64,000 nt of DNA from an uncultured Flavobacteriales bacterium (GTDB lineage: Bacteria > Bacteroidota > Bacteroidia > Flavobacteriales_D > CALLUQ01): NCBI GenBank assembly GCA_938010565.1, contig CALLUQ010000069.1:3400-67399 (forward strand), read 5' to 3'. The notes under the pieces are model-generated. The model worked only from the letters and a program-made list of their open reading frames with translations, had not been told where the DNA came from and made no database searches. Below, one piece after another: positions 11,313-20,354 of the stretch. How positions within the stretch are numbered: position 1 is the stretch's first letter; every line of letters begins with the position of its first letter. The position numbers and the translations under genes were made by a program.

Positions 11313-11419
11313 CTTATATGGCTTATCGCGATAAAGATAGAAAAAGCCGGTGTTTTGTTTCGGAAATATAACGCATTGGCTAAAGATGTTCGTTTAAAAC
11401 AAACGTTGGCAAGTGGAGG

Positions 11420-11640
11420 CAGGGCAAACACATTTAAATTTTGAGTAGCCTCTCCGGGTATTGATCGTTCGGGAGTGCCTTTTTTTCGTTTGGATCTTAT
11501 TCCCAGTCTACACGTTTTCTCTTGTTTGGTAAGGTTTAATGCCATTTTATAGATCAGAGAAAAGTGGCTATGGTCTTCATTAAATGCGACATCTAATGAC
11601 CAGTGTAGTTTATTTTCAATGATTCGGTGAGATCTGACCA
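11420..11640 (-). mobile_element. ISAs1-family remnant: transposase C-terminus plus right inverted repeat
   Basis: Minus strand reads VRSH.IIENKLHWSLDVAFNED...KMALNL.KQEKTC.LGIRSKRKK; + strand end CAGGGCAAACACAT. Confidence 0.85.
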
Positions 11641-12068
11641 TTTGCCCAGCGGTAACGCCATTTTTCGACGGGGCTTTCTTTGGTGATGAGATTGCCTTGC
11701 GGATCGTAAGTGTACGTGTAGGCTTCGTCCTTTAAAAGTTGCCCGGCTTTGCCGTACACCCGATCGTTTCGGTCTTCGGTTTTGAAGAGGTTCCCGATCT
11801 CATCCGGCAGTTTGTAAACCCAGTTTCCGCCGGTATACCGGGCGGCTGAAAGGCCGCCAAACGCATCGTGGTGAAAATCGGTGCATGTTCCGGCCAGTTC
11901 GTCGTAAATGCTGCGCAAACGGTCGTTTACGTTCCAACTGTAACGTTTCTTCGTTTGTACCTGCTCGTGAACACTGATGCTGTGGTACCGGGGCCGGCCG
12001 CTTTTGTCGCGTTCCCAGGAACTGGTGAGGTTATCGGACAAACTTCGTTCGATTTCCAAGCCGTCCGG
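11640..12068 (-). pseudogene. Rhs/YD-repeat protein internal fragment
   Basis: GLEIERSL, WERDKSGRP, DAFGGL, YTYTYDPQGNLITK YD-repeat signatures; ends at the ISAs1 junction. Confidence 0.85.
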
Positions 12069-12124
12069 ATTTCAAAACAACAACTGATAAAGCAAATGAT
12101 AGGAGTATATCAAACATTACAATA

Positions 12125-12432
12125 ACTTATGTAAATACCTGTAGACGGATCGTAGTACCGAAACCGATTATACTATAATACAACCCCGTTTCCTCATACT
12201 GCCCTTGATATCTGAACGGAACAAAAGAACGCTCCCCAGTAAGTTTACGAACCTTACCGTAAACATCTAACTGACAACTCCGTACCATTTTTTCCTATTC
12301 ATCATACAGATCGGAAGGCATACCCAAATGATCGGTAATGATCGAATACGCCCTTCCATCCACTAATTTAGCCATCGGCACAAAAGTACCGTCCTCAAAA
12401 AACCAGGTGGTGAGGCTTTCTGGAGGCTTTAA
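12125..12432 (-). pseudogene. Rhs core C-terminal fragment with stop codon and frameshift
   Basis: LTTWFFEDGTFVPMAKL, SIITDHLGMP..LYDE* (TAG at 12295-12297), LDVYGKVR, PFRYQGQYEETGLYY, then after a frameshift YNRFRYYDPSTGIYIS; no DPxG or toxin tip. Confidence 0.88.
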
Positions 12433-12525
12433 GCGCCGATCGGTCGGCGCATGCATGCCATGCATTTTTCGGGATCTGGCTGAAAACATGGATAAATGCA
12501 AGCAGTGCTGTTGCATTGCGAAAAA

Positions 12526-12981
12526 CTACAAGGATGCTTCGTACCCTTGATCTGCCGGAAGGTTGGAACCAAGTGATGCATCCACTGCCAATGCATCGCA
12601 ACGTTCATTCATCGCATGGCCGTTATGGCCTTTTACCCATCTGAACTTCACCTGATGTTTGGGGTAAACTTGTAAAAAACGCTTCCACAGATCGATGTTC
12701 TTTTTGCCGGCAAACCCCTTTTTCTGCCAACCGAAAACCCACTTTTTTTCCACCGAATCCACCACATATTTACTATCGGAAACGATGAGTACCTGTGCGC
12801 CTGGTTTTTTGATCATTTCCAAAGCAATGATTACGCTGAGGAGTTCCATACGGTTGTTGGTGGTAAGGCGAAACCCTTCCGAAGCTTCTTTGTAATGTTG
12901 CCCTGCGGTGAGTACAATGCCATAACCGCCCGGGCCCGGGTTGCCCCGGGCAGCTCCGTCTGTATAAATCGTGATCTTCAT
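12526..12981 (-). CDS. rnhA: Ribonuclease HI
   Basis: YTDGAARGNPGPGG, TTNNRMEL, WVKGH.G...NERCD motifs. Confidence 0.97.
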   Translation of the reverse strand: MKITIYTDGAARGNPGPGGYGIVLTAGQHYKEASEGFRLTTNNRMELLSVIIALEMIKKPGAQVLIVSDSKYVVDSVEKKWVFGWQKKGFAGKKNIDLWKRFLQVYPKHQVKFRWVKGHNGHAMNERCDALAVDASLGSNLPADQGYEASL

Positions 12982-12998
12982 GCCGGAAATGTAAACGA

Positions 12999-13607
12999 TT
13001 ATTTTGGGGTTGCCGACATTAATTCCGGCAGATTGGCGCTAAAAAGTTTGACTGCCATAGCCAACAATATGATCCCGAAAACCTTGCGCAAAATAGCAAT
13101 GCCTACTTTTCCCAACCACTTTTCCATTTTTCCGGTAAGCCGAAGCACAATGTATACCACAACCATGTTCACCAAAATGGCTGCAATGATATTCACCGTA
13201 GCATATTCCGCACGCAACGAAAGCAAGGAAGTCATACTGCCGGATCCGGCGATAACAGGAAACGCCAAGGGCACTACGGATGCGGCTTTTCCTCCGACCT
13301 CTTCCTCTACTTTAAACAAAGTAACACCCAGTACCATTTCAAGTGCCATGGCAAACAAAACAAGGGCTCCGGCCACTGCAAATGCTTCCACCGAAATGCC
13401 TATTAATGTGAGGATGGATTCGCCCAGAAAGAGGAACACAAGCATAATTCCAAACGATACCATAGTGGCCCTCATGGGATGAATTTCTCCCGTCTTTCGC
13501 TTGAGTTCAATGATAAGAGGAATGGAGCCGATGATGTCGATCACCGCAAAAAGTACGATTGATAAAGTACCGAACTGATAGATGTTAAAGGCTTTAAACC
13601 ACTCCAT
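12999..13607 (-). CDS. MarC family membrane protein
   Basis: About 6 hydrophobic segments; VVPLAFPVIAGSG and LRKVFGIILLA motifs. Confidence 0.9.
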   Translation of the reverse strand: MEWFKAFNIYQFGTLSIVLFAVIDIIGSIPLIIELKRKTGEIHPMRATMVSFGIMLVFLFLGESILTLIGISVEAFAVAGALVLFAMALEMVLGVTLFKVEEEVGGKAASVVPLAFPVIAGSGSMTSLLSLRAEYATVNIIAAILVNMVVVYIVLRLTGKMEKWLGKVGIAILRKVFGIILLAMAVKLFSANLPELMSATPK

Positions 13608-13640
13608 AAAAGAACGTTTAAAATGATATGAAACCCGGGC

Positions 13641-14216
13641 CTACGCCAGTTGTGCAAGAACGTTGGCTACCACCCGGGGAAAGTGTGTATGCTCCAATTG
13701 CTGTACCTTTTGCCGAACGTCATCGGCCGTATCTTCGGGATGTACTTCGCATCGGGCCTGAAAAATAACTTCTCCGTTATCGTAAACCTGATCTACCTGA
13801 TGGATCGTAATGCCGCTTTGCTTTTCGCCGGCAGCTACTACTGCTTCGTGAACATGCATGCCATACATGCCTTTTCCGCCGTAAGCAGGCAACAGCGAAG
13901 GATGAATATTGATCATTCGTCCTGCAAAAGCGGTTACAAGGTCGTTGGGAATTTTCCAAAGAAACCCGGCCAGTACCACGAGTTCGATGCCGGCTGCTTG
14001 CAAAGCCGGTGCAATGGACCCCGGGCGGTAAAAATCGCTCCGGTTGATTACCCGTGTCGGAATGCGATGCTCCTCAGCAATCTGTAACACGCCGGCGGTG
14101 GCTTTGTTGCTAACGATCAGCGCAACCGCACCATCCGTCCGGTTTCGGAAAAACGAAATGATCTTAAGAGCGTTAGAGCCTGATCCGGATGCAAATATGG
14201 CGATTTTCCGAGGCAT
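13641..14216 (-). CDS. purN: Phosphoribosylglycinamide formyltransferase
   Basis: IFASGSGSN, INIHPSLLP and GITIH.VD..YDNG motifs. Confidence 0.97.
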   Translation of the reverse strand: MPRKIAIFASGSGSNALKIISFFRNRTDGAVALIVSNKATAGVLQIAEEHRIPTRVINRSDFYRPGSIAPALQAAGIELVVLAGFLWKIPNDLVTAFAGRMINIHPSLLPAYGGKGMYGMHVHEAVVAAGEKQSGITIHQVDQVYDNGEVIFQARCEVHPEDTADDVRQKVQQLEHTHFPRVVANVLAQLA

Positions 14217-14235
14217 GATCCTTCCAATTTTTCGG

Positions 14236-14265
14236 CAAAGCTAGGTATTAAATCAGGAATGCAAA
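14236..14265 (-). promoter_or_regulatory. Bacteroidota housekeeping promoter of purN
   Basis: Minus-strand TAGCTTTG (-7 box, 14243-14236) with a TTTG 18 nt upstream. Confidence 0.6.
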
Positions 14266-14348
14266 CGCATTTGCCAAAAATAAAGTCTGCCGTTGTGCAG
14301 AGTTTGTTGGGATAAAACCCGTATGCGTTTTTTAATTCTACAATGAAT

Positions 14349-14390
14349 GAAAAACCGGAGGTTTTCACCCAAAGGGCTTCCACCTCCGGC
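14349..14390 (-). terminator. Intrinsic terminator after the PKD/DUF11-like gene
   Basis: CCGGAGGT...ACCTCCGG stem followed by TTTTT on the minus strand. Confidence 0.7.
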
Positions 14391-14397
14391 TGGCGCG

Positions 14398-15906
14398 TTA
14401 TGGTTTAAGCCTGGCATTTATCCGCACAAGCATGATCAAAATGAGCAACAACAATACCGCAAAAAAGATGTGCCAGATGCCCGTATCGAACCAGCAGCAA
14501 GCCTTCCCGCCACATTCCTTTCGTTTACAACAGCCCGCCGGAGCACAACATTTTCCACGCGTAGGGGTACCCTGTACCGGAACCGCATTTACGGTATACT
14601 CGGTCCGGATAGACTGGTTTGCGGTGTTAAAGGAAATTTTCGCCCGGTTTCGGATAGTATCTCCGGGTTGAACGCTGTGCTTCACCCGAATTCTGAACGT
14701 GATGAACCCCTGGCTGTTTTTGTCCTGATCGCCATAATGGCTGAGGTGAAACGTAGGATCAATTGTGCTGTTAAAATCCCACCGGTACTTCTGCGGTTCC
14801 GTTGCATCGTGTGTCATTTGGTAATGATGGCTGGAATCGATGATTTCCAGGGTACTGCCATCGAGCAGATCGGGAAGCTGGTCCTCCAGCGTAACACTGG
14901 GTTCGTAGGCATTTCCGGTATTCTGAAAATGAATGGTATAGGTTAACCATTGCCCGGGGGCAATGGCAAAAGGATGGTGTACTTCTTTTTTATTCGGATC
15001 CCAGGAATTTACCGTTTTTACTTCCACCACTTCGGAATCGATGAAGAATCGCTCCATTTCACCCGTTGCCAGATGGTCTTTTACCTTAGCAAGTAATTTG
15101 GAGGGATCAACGGTTGTGCTTGTTGCATTGGCTGTACGTTCGTCTTCGGTTATCAGACTGTAAGCATCAACAATCGTAGTGGTAACCAGGTTGGAACCCG
15201 TTCCCTGAGGAGTGCAGATCTTAAACAACGAGTCCATTCCATTATGACCGGATGGCGTAAACAGATAAAGCCGTTGATTTTTTTTTATTTTTCCGATGTA
15301 TTGTACGCCGGAGCAAGACGTTGTAATGAGGTCTTCAATGGTCTGTTGCTTGTCGTCGTTTGCGTCTTCTTCGTTGAGGGCGAGCGGATAGTTGCCCCCA
15401 CAATTGCCCTCGTTATAAAACCGAAGGGCATTATCGAGGGTGATCACCACCAGAGAGGGAGATCTTCCGGGCAGTTTAACACCTAAAAAACTCTGAAAAC
15501 CAGGTCGTGGAGCCCTGGAGAAACCGGCTTTTAGCTTTCCTTTACCGTTGTAGGGGGTATCGTTTTGTACTTGTGTATCGGCAGGGTCGTCGGCATCGTC
15601 GTACTCTTCGCCTTTACGCGTGGTCACCACAGCAACGTCCCGCATCCCTGTATTCCGGAAAGAATGAAGTACCGTATCTCCAAATTCGAAATAACAATCT
15701 TCAAATTTCCAGATGTAGTGGTATTGATCCACTTGAACCGGAGAACCTGCTTTAGGGGTTACCCAAAAAGACCAGATATCGGTTGTTCCATTTTGCTGTT
15801 TATTGATTTTAAAATGTTGTGCCAGAAGCTGGCCGGATGTAAACAGGAACACGGCGAAGGGTATGATGCAGCGAAACGCTCCACCGGTAAATCTTAACTT
15901 TTCCAT
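14398..15906 (-). CDS. Exported PKD-like + DUF11/DUF7619-like protein with C-terminal Cys-rich linker and TM anchor
   Basis: Signal peptide (LLA/Q); Y.YIWKFED PKD-like stretch; WDPNKK...LTYTIHFQNTGN...LEDQLP...SQGFITFRI...IRNRAKISF; ends with 7 Cys, a hydrophobic helix and a basic tail. Confidence 0.7.
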   Translation of the reverse strand: MEKLRFTGGAFRCIIPFAVFLFTSGQLLAQHFKINKQQNGTTDIWSFWVTPKAGSPVQVDQYHYIWKFEDCYFEFGDTVLHSFRNTGMRDVAVVTTRKGEEYDDADDPADTQVQNDTPYNGKGKLKAGFSRAPRPGFQSFLGVKLPGRSPSLVVITLDNALRFYNEGNCGGNYPLALNEEDANDDKQQTIEDLITTSCSGVQYIGKIKKNQRLYLFTPSGHNGMDSLFKICTPQGTGSNLVTTTIVDAYSLITEDERTANATSTTVDPSKLLAKVKDHLATGEMERFFIDSEVVEVKTVNSWDPNKKEVHHPFAIAPGQWLTYTIHFQNTGNAYEPSVTLEDQLPDLLDGSTLEIIDSSHHYQMTHDATEPQKYRWDFNSTIDPTFHLSHYGDQDKNSQGFITFRIRVKHSVQPGDTIRNRAKISFNTANQSIRTEYTVNAVPVQGTPTRGKCCAPAGCCKRKECGGKACCWFDTGIWHIFFAVLLLLILIMLVRINARLKP

Positions 15907-15950
15907 AGTTGACAGATCTAATAAATTATATTGAATGATGTTTGAATAGT

Positions 15951-15977
15951 AAGACGGATACAAAAAAACAATTCCAT
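15951..15977 (-). promoter_or_regulatory. Putative ECF promoter (copy 1)
   Basis: Minus strand ATGGAA-N15-CGTCTT, about 45 nt before the ATG at 15906. Confidence 0.6.
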
Positions 15978-16043
15978 GCTGCGGGATCTTTTTTTAATGA
16001 AATGTACCTAATTCTTTGCCGATTACTCCAATTCCGTACCATC

Positions 16044-16106
16044 AAAAAATCCCGGCAGGCATTTCGCCCGCCGGGACCATGGATCTGCCGGAAAAAATTC
16101 CGGCAG
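16044..16106 (-). terminator. Double hairpin / intrinsic terminator after the frameshifted gene
   Basis: CTGCCGGAA-N4-TTCCGGCAG (16085-16106) and a TCCCGGC..GCCGGGA stem (16050-16076) followed by a minus-strand T tract. Confidence 0.7.
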
Positions 16107-16123
16107 CGCCAACTATGGAACAT

Positions 16124-18651
16124 TTAGCACCCGGCCGGGTCCCAGTTAAAGGTTACGTAAACTTGTTTATGGTGGTCGGTCCAACCAAACGTGTACCCCG
16201 AGTTATACCCTACAATTGCTCTGTCCCGTACGGTCATTTCCAGGCCATAGGCACATTTGATCTTTTCTGCGGCAGTTAATTCGGTACAGAGGTTCAGACT
16301 ATAAATGGACTGCCCGTTGCCCGGATCTGTGGCTCCTGCTATTCCCGTGTCGTTGATCTGAGGCTCAGGGCCATCGTATGGTACCGAAGTAAGGAGCTTA
16401 CCCGTTGAAGCGATGTTTCCGCCAAAAACTTTCAGAGAGAAACTTTTGAAATGGGCATCTTTAAAGTTGCCGTAAACCCGGATCAGTGCATTGCCGATGA
16501 ATTCGCCGCACTTGTTAAAACTGCCGCCGGCATCTTTTACCTGAATGCCTGGGTTGGGCAGCGGAGCCCCGATAAATTTATACAGATCAACATTGGTATT
16601 GTCCAACGCCAACCGGCTGGTGCAGGCATGCCAACCATCTGGTTTTTAAATGCATCGCCAATTTCCAGCCTGAGCAGGTAAGTGCCGTTTTTACCATACG
16701 ACCTCCAGTTGCAAAGCGGAGATGGGGAATAATTCAACCAATCGCTATGATACGCCGCAATGCCAAACCAGCCCATCGCATCCGGAGCAACCGATTTTTT
16801 ATGGGGAGTTCCGCCATCTTTTGTGATCCGGGGGTCGGTAATGTTTACCCAGTTTACGCCACCGTCATCGCTGTATTGGAAACGGTAATAGCTGGCTCCC
16901 GAAATGTTGAATACATTGCCTTTGGCTGCAACAATGCCTCCGAACGGCCGGTCGTAGGTACCCGGAATAAAACTTCCTCCGCTTAATTTAACAGCATAGC
17001 CTACGGCATCAATATCATCGACATGGATCTCATTAATGGTTTGCAATTCGCATGATCTGTTCTTAAGCGGCAGCGGCCGGAGCTGAATGGCGCAATCCAT
17101 GCGGTTCCCCCAGATGATCTTAAAGTCCGGATCAGATGGATTCGGCACCTGTTCCCACGAAAGCGTTGCCCTTACCCGAACAACGTTTTCCCTTTTACAA
17201 GACTTAAGCCGCTCTTTGATGTTTTTGATGCGCAAACTTCCGGCATAACAAATGGGCTTTTTTTCCGTACCCGAGATGTCGTGCGCTGCTACTTTTGCCA
17301 TGCCTTCGAACTCAAAAACACCCGTTCCCCAATCGATGTAAAACCCGATGTATTCCGTACTTCCGGAAGTACATAAACCACCGGAATAGCCCGTGGGCCG
17401 TTTGATCCGGAAGGTAGCTTCCAGCAGATCCAATTCAGGGTAAAGCCCCACACAAGTCAGTTCTTCATAAGAAGTATTGCCATCGTTTAAGTTTTCCTCC
17501 GGAAGGTATTGTTCAAAATTGGAAAGATCCAGATCTTCCAGCATTGCCGAAGGAAGCTGAAGCATGGCATTTTTAACTGCTTCGATATCCGACGAATCGC
17601 TGATGCCGCCGTAATAGTTCGGGTTTTTCGCAAGGTGGAGCGGAAAGTTAAAACGGTGCGTTTCAACCTTGTCAGGGTTTTTTGTTTTTGCTGCGATCGA
17701 TGTGTCTATGATCTCTGCTGCGGTTTTCAGTTTGGTCAGATCGTCGGGCAGTACAAAGCCGGAAGAAAGCGTTGGTATATCGGGAAAGAATGGGAAAAAC
17801 GGTTGGGGTAAGATCTGAACATAACATTCGATCACATTGCCCCATACGGGCTTAAAGTTGGGTCCGGTTGGTGCTTGTTCCCAGCTTAATATGGCGCGCA
17901 CTTTTAAGATCTGCGGCTTGTTGCAAGACCAACGTTCCGGATTAAATTCCTTGGTTACGGCATAACACAAATGATCTTCGGAAACATAATGGAGATCGTG
18001 GGTGTTCAATTCGGCCGGGGCACCAATGGAAACAAAAGTTCCATCGTCGTTAAAATCGACATAAAATGCTACGTATTCGGTGCTTCCGTCCTCACAAAGA
18101 GGGCCGCTGAAACCATACGGTAATTTCACTTTAAAAATGGCTTCCAGCTCCTGCTTTTCAGGGTAATAACCAAGGCACTCCAGTTCCTCATAGCGGGTAC
18201 TGCCATCCTGGTCGTTGTTCGGGCCTTCAGCAAAAACGGTACTGATCTGATTAAAATAATCGGGGTTGATGGCGATCAGATCTTTGAACTGTGTCCGTTT
18301 GTTTTCCACCGGTACATCTTCGAGAAGATCTTCGGATAATTCAAGCACAAATTTTTCGCTTTTAGCCGCCTTTGTTCTTACACTGTCGCGGGTGGTGTAG
18401 ATTACATCGCCTTGTTTGTTGCGTATCTGGAGGTAAAGGTCCGGTCGTGTTTTCCAGAAATCATCTCCAAAATTCTTTTTGTCATAAACAATACGGGCTT
18501 TGCCCTCGGCATCGGTTACTGCGGTGCCTACACGATCATCCTGAAAAAGATCTTTATCCAGTGCTTCCACCGAAAGGCCTTCCAACCCTTTACCGGAGCT
18601 TTTTCCTTTTATGGAAACTTCTACTACAAAGTCATTTTTGTGGGTTGCCAT
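16124..18651 (-). CDS. Uncharacterised protein of about 842 aa (transthyretin-like N-terminus, two Cys-conserving repeats, C-terminal beta-rich region), split by a -1 frameshift near 16612-16648
   Basis: Overlapping ORFs 16537-18651 (704 aa) and 16124-16612, whose frame is open up to 16645; internal repeat YEELxCxG.YPE...LC..GSTEY..FY.D...VRA.LSWEQ...WGN...C..Q. Confidence 0.7.
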
Positions 18652-18688
18652 AATAAATTGGGTTTAACTATTTATAAAATTCAGAAGG

Positions 18689-18716
18689 ATGACGCAACAG
18701 GAGTGATCTTTTCCAT
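18689..18716 (-). promoter_or_regulatory. Putative ECF promoter (copy 2)
   Basis: Minus strand ATGGAA-N16-CGTCAT, about 38 nt before the ATG at 18651. Confidence 0.6.
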
Positions 18717-18809
18717 TTTCCAAGTTTCGGAATGTGAACAACTTGCGAATGTAGCACTACTGCTACGGGGCTTTTACCAATTTCCCAAAACAAAAGCTGC
18801 CCTTTCCCA

Positions 18810-18836
18810 ATGTAAAAATGAACGAAGACTCGTCGT
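18810..18836 (+). promoter_or_regulatory. Putative ECF promoter (copy 3, autoregulatory)
   Basis: ATGTAA-N15-CGTCGT, about 33 nt before the sigma gene. Confidence 0.55.
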
Positions 18837-18868
18837 ATAGGTAGGAAAAGGATGATTTCTTCTTTACT

Positions 18869-19507
18869 TTGGAAATTTTTAACCGAAGTAGCCTTTTGAA
18901 ACGCTTTTTCCAAAACACCAGAAAAGATCGTGCAGACTACAGCCAAATCTCCGATCAGGATTTGGTAAAACAGTTTCAGGAGCAAGAAGATAACACTTGT
19001 ATTCTGGAGTTGATGGATCGTTATGCGGATCTGATCTCAGGATTGTGTTACCGTTATTTTGACGATCAGGAAGATGTAAAAGACTTTACCAGTGAGTTGT
19101 TTATAAAGTTAAGCCGGCAATTGAAAAAGTTAAATACGGATGAAGTACGGAATTTTAACGGTTGGTTGTACACTTACATCAAACATAGAATTCTGGACCA
19201 GCTGAGAAAGGCAAAAACCTATCGGAATTATAAACAAGGCTACGGGCTGGAAGTTGTAAAATACGAAAAACCGGACGAAGGCGTACTGCAATTGGACCGG
19301 GAGAAATTATACCACAGCATGACCCGGCTATCGGCCAATGAAAAGTTGTGTGTGGAGTTAATTTACCTGCAGGAACGGACGTATCAGGAAATTATGAAAG
19401 AACATGGATTTTCGTTTAACCAGGTGCGAGGGTTCCGGGATCGTGGGGTCACGAAGTTAAAAACCTTGTTAAAAGAAGATTTTGAAACGTATTTCAAAGA
19501 CCTCTGA
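18869..19507 (+). CDS. ECF-type RNA polymerase sigma factor
   Basis: SDQDLV, region 2 (DVKDFTSELFIKL...NFNGWLYTYIKHRILDQLRK) and region 4 (LS..EK.CVELIYLQERTYQEI). Confidence 0.9.
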   Translation: MEIFNRSSLLKRFFQNTRKDRADYSQISDQDLVKQFQEQEDNTCILELMDRYADLISGLCYRYFDDQEDVKDFTSELFIKLSRQLKKLNTDEVRNFNGWLYTYIKHRILDQLRKAKTYRNYKQGYGLEVVKYEKPDEGVLQLDREKLYHSMTRLSANEKLCVELIYLQERTYQEIMKEHGFSFNQVRGFRDRGVTKLKTLLKEDFETYFKDL

Positions 19508-20208
19508 TGGCAACAAAAGAAAATACCCATATTGACACTGGCCACAAGCCATATACACTCGAAGAGATGTTTGGTGTGCTGGACCAGGAGCCTTCGCCCG
19601 AAACCGGGCATCGGATAACGGAACCTTTGCAGAACGATCCTGTGGGCCTTGGTACGCTGGATGCTCTGGATCGCGATCCTGCTCCGGTTCGGGAAAAACA
19701 GGCAAAAGTCCTGAATTTTCGCGCCGTTTTTAAGGAGGAAGTAGATCGTTTGAAAAAAAAGGAAAGCATTTCTTCCGCTGCCTCCTTCCCTGTGCACTTT
19801 TATAAAGTGGCAGCCATTCTGCTGGTGCTCATCAACGTAGGGGTTTTCGGCTATTTTCTTTCCGATCAAAATCAGAAAAATGCTTTTGTGCCTTATGATC
19901 TTTCGCAGGATATAGCCCGAGGGCATATGCCCGAAGATACCGGTTTTGAGTTGGGTGTGAAACATTATCGGGATAAAAAGTACCGGGAAGCCATTGCTGC
20001 ATTTGATCAATTGCCTGCCGATCACCCCATGATGGAAAAAGCCCTTTTTCTCAAAGCCAATGCCAATATTGGGTTGGATCAGCCGGAAGAGGCACTGGTA
20101 ATTTTTGAAGAAATGCTGGAACACAAAAACTGGTTCCTTTACCGCCCGCATATCTATAAAAGCATGGCCGCTGCTCAGAAGCGGGTCGAAGCCAAAGCCG
20201 CCGGATAA
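19507..20208 (+). CDS. Putative anti-sigma factor: N-terminal cytoplasmic domain, single TM, C-terminal TPR
   Basis: Start overlaps the sigma stop (TGATG); TM YKVAAILLVLINVGVFGYFL; TPR-like GVKHY..KKY.EAIAAF and ALFLKA.A.IGLDQPEEA. Confidence 0.7.
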   Translation: MATKENTHIDTGHKPYTLEEMFGVLDQEPSPETGHRITEPLQNDPVGLGTLDALDRDPAPVREKQAKVLNFRAVFKEEVDRLKKKESISSAASFPVHFYKVAAILLVLINVGVFGYFLSDQNQKNAFVPYDLSQDIARGHMPEDTGFELGVKHYRDKKYREAIAAFDQLPADHPMMEKALFLKANANIGLDQPEEALVIFEEMLEHKNWFLYRPHIYKSMAAAQKRVEAKAAG

Positions 20209-20354
20209 CGCAAGGGGCACTGTGAAATCTTTCCGGAACTTTTGGCAGCGTTGCCTTTCCATGCATCCCAACAGCATTCGCTTACTCTTCGATCAATCCG
20301 ATCCTTCTTTTTATAGTTCAAATCGTCACCCCTCTGAGCTGGTGGCAAGCATGA

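Noticed and set aside
14254..14275. GCAAACGCATTT as a sixth ISAs1 end
   Set aside because: Lacks the adjacent CAGGG and the AAATTTTGAG continuation; it overlaps the likely purN -33 box.
19384..20277. 297-aa minus-strand ORF
   Set aside because: Antisense to the coupled sigma/anti-sigma genes; no protein-family features.
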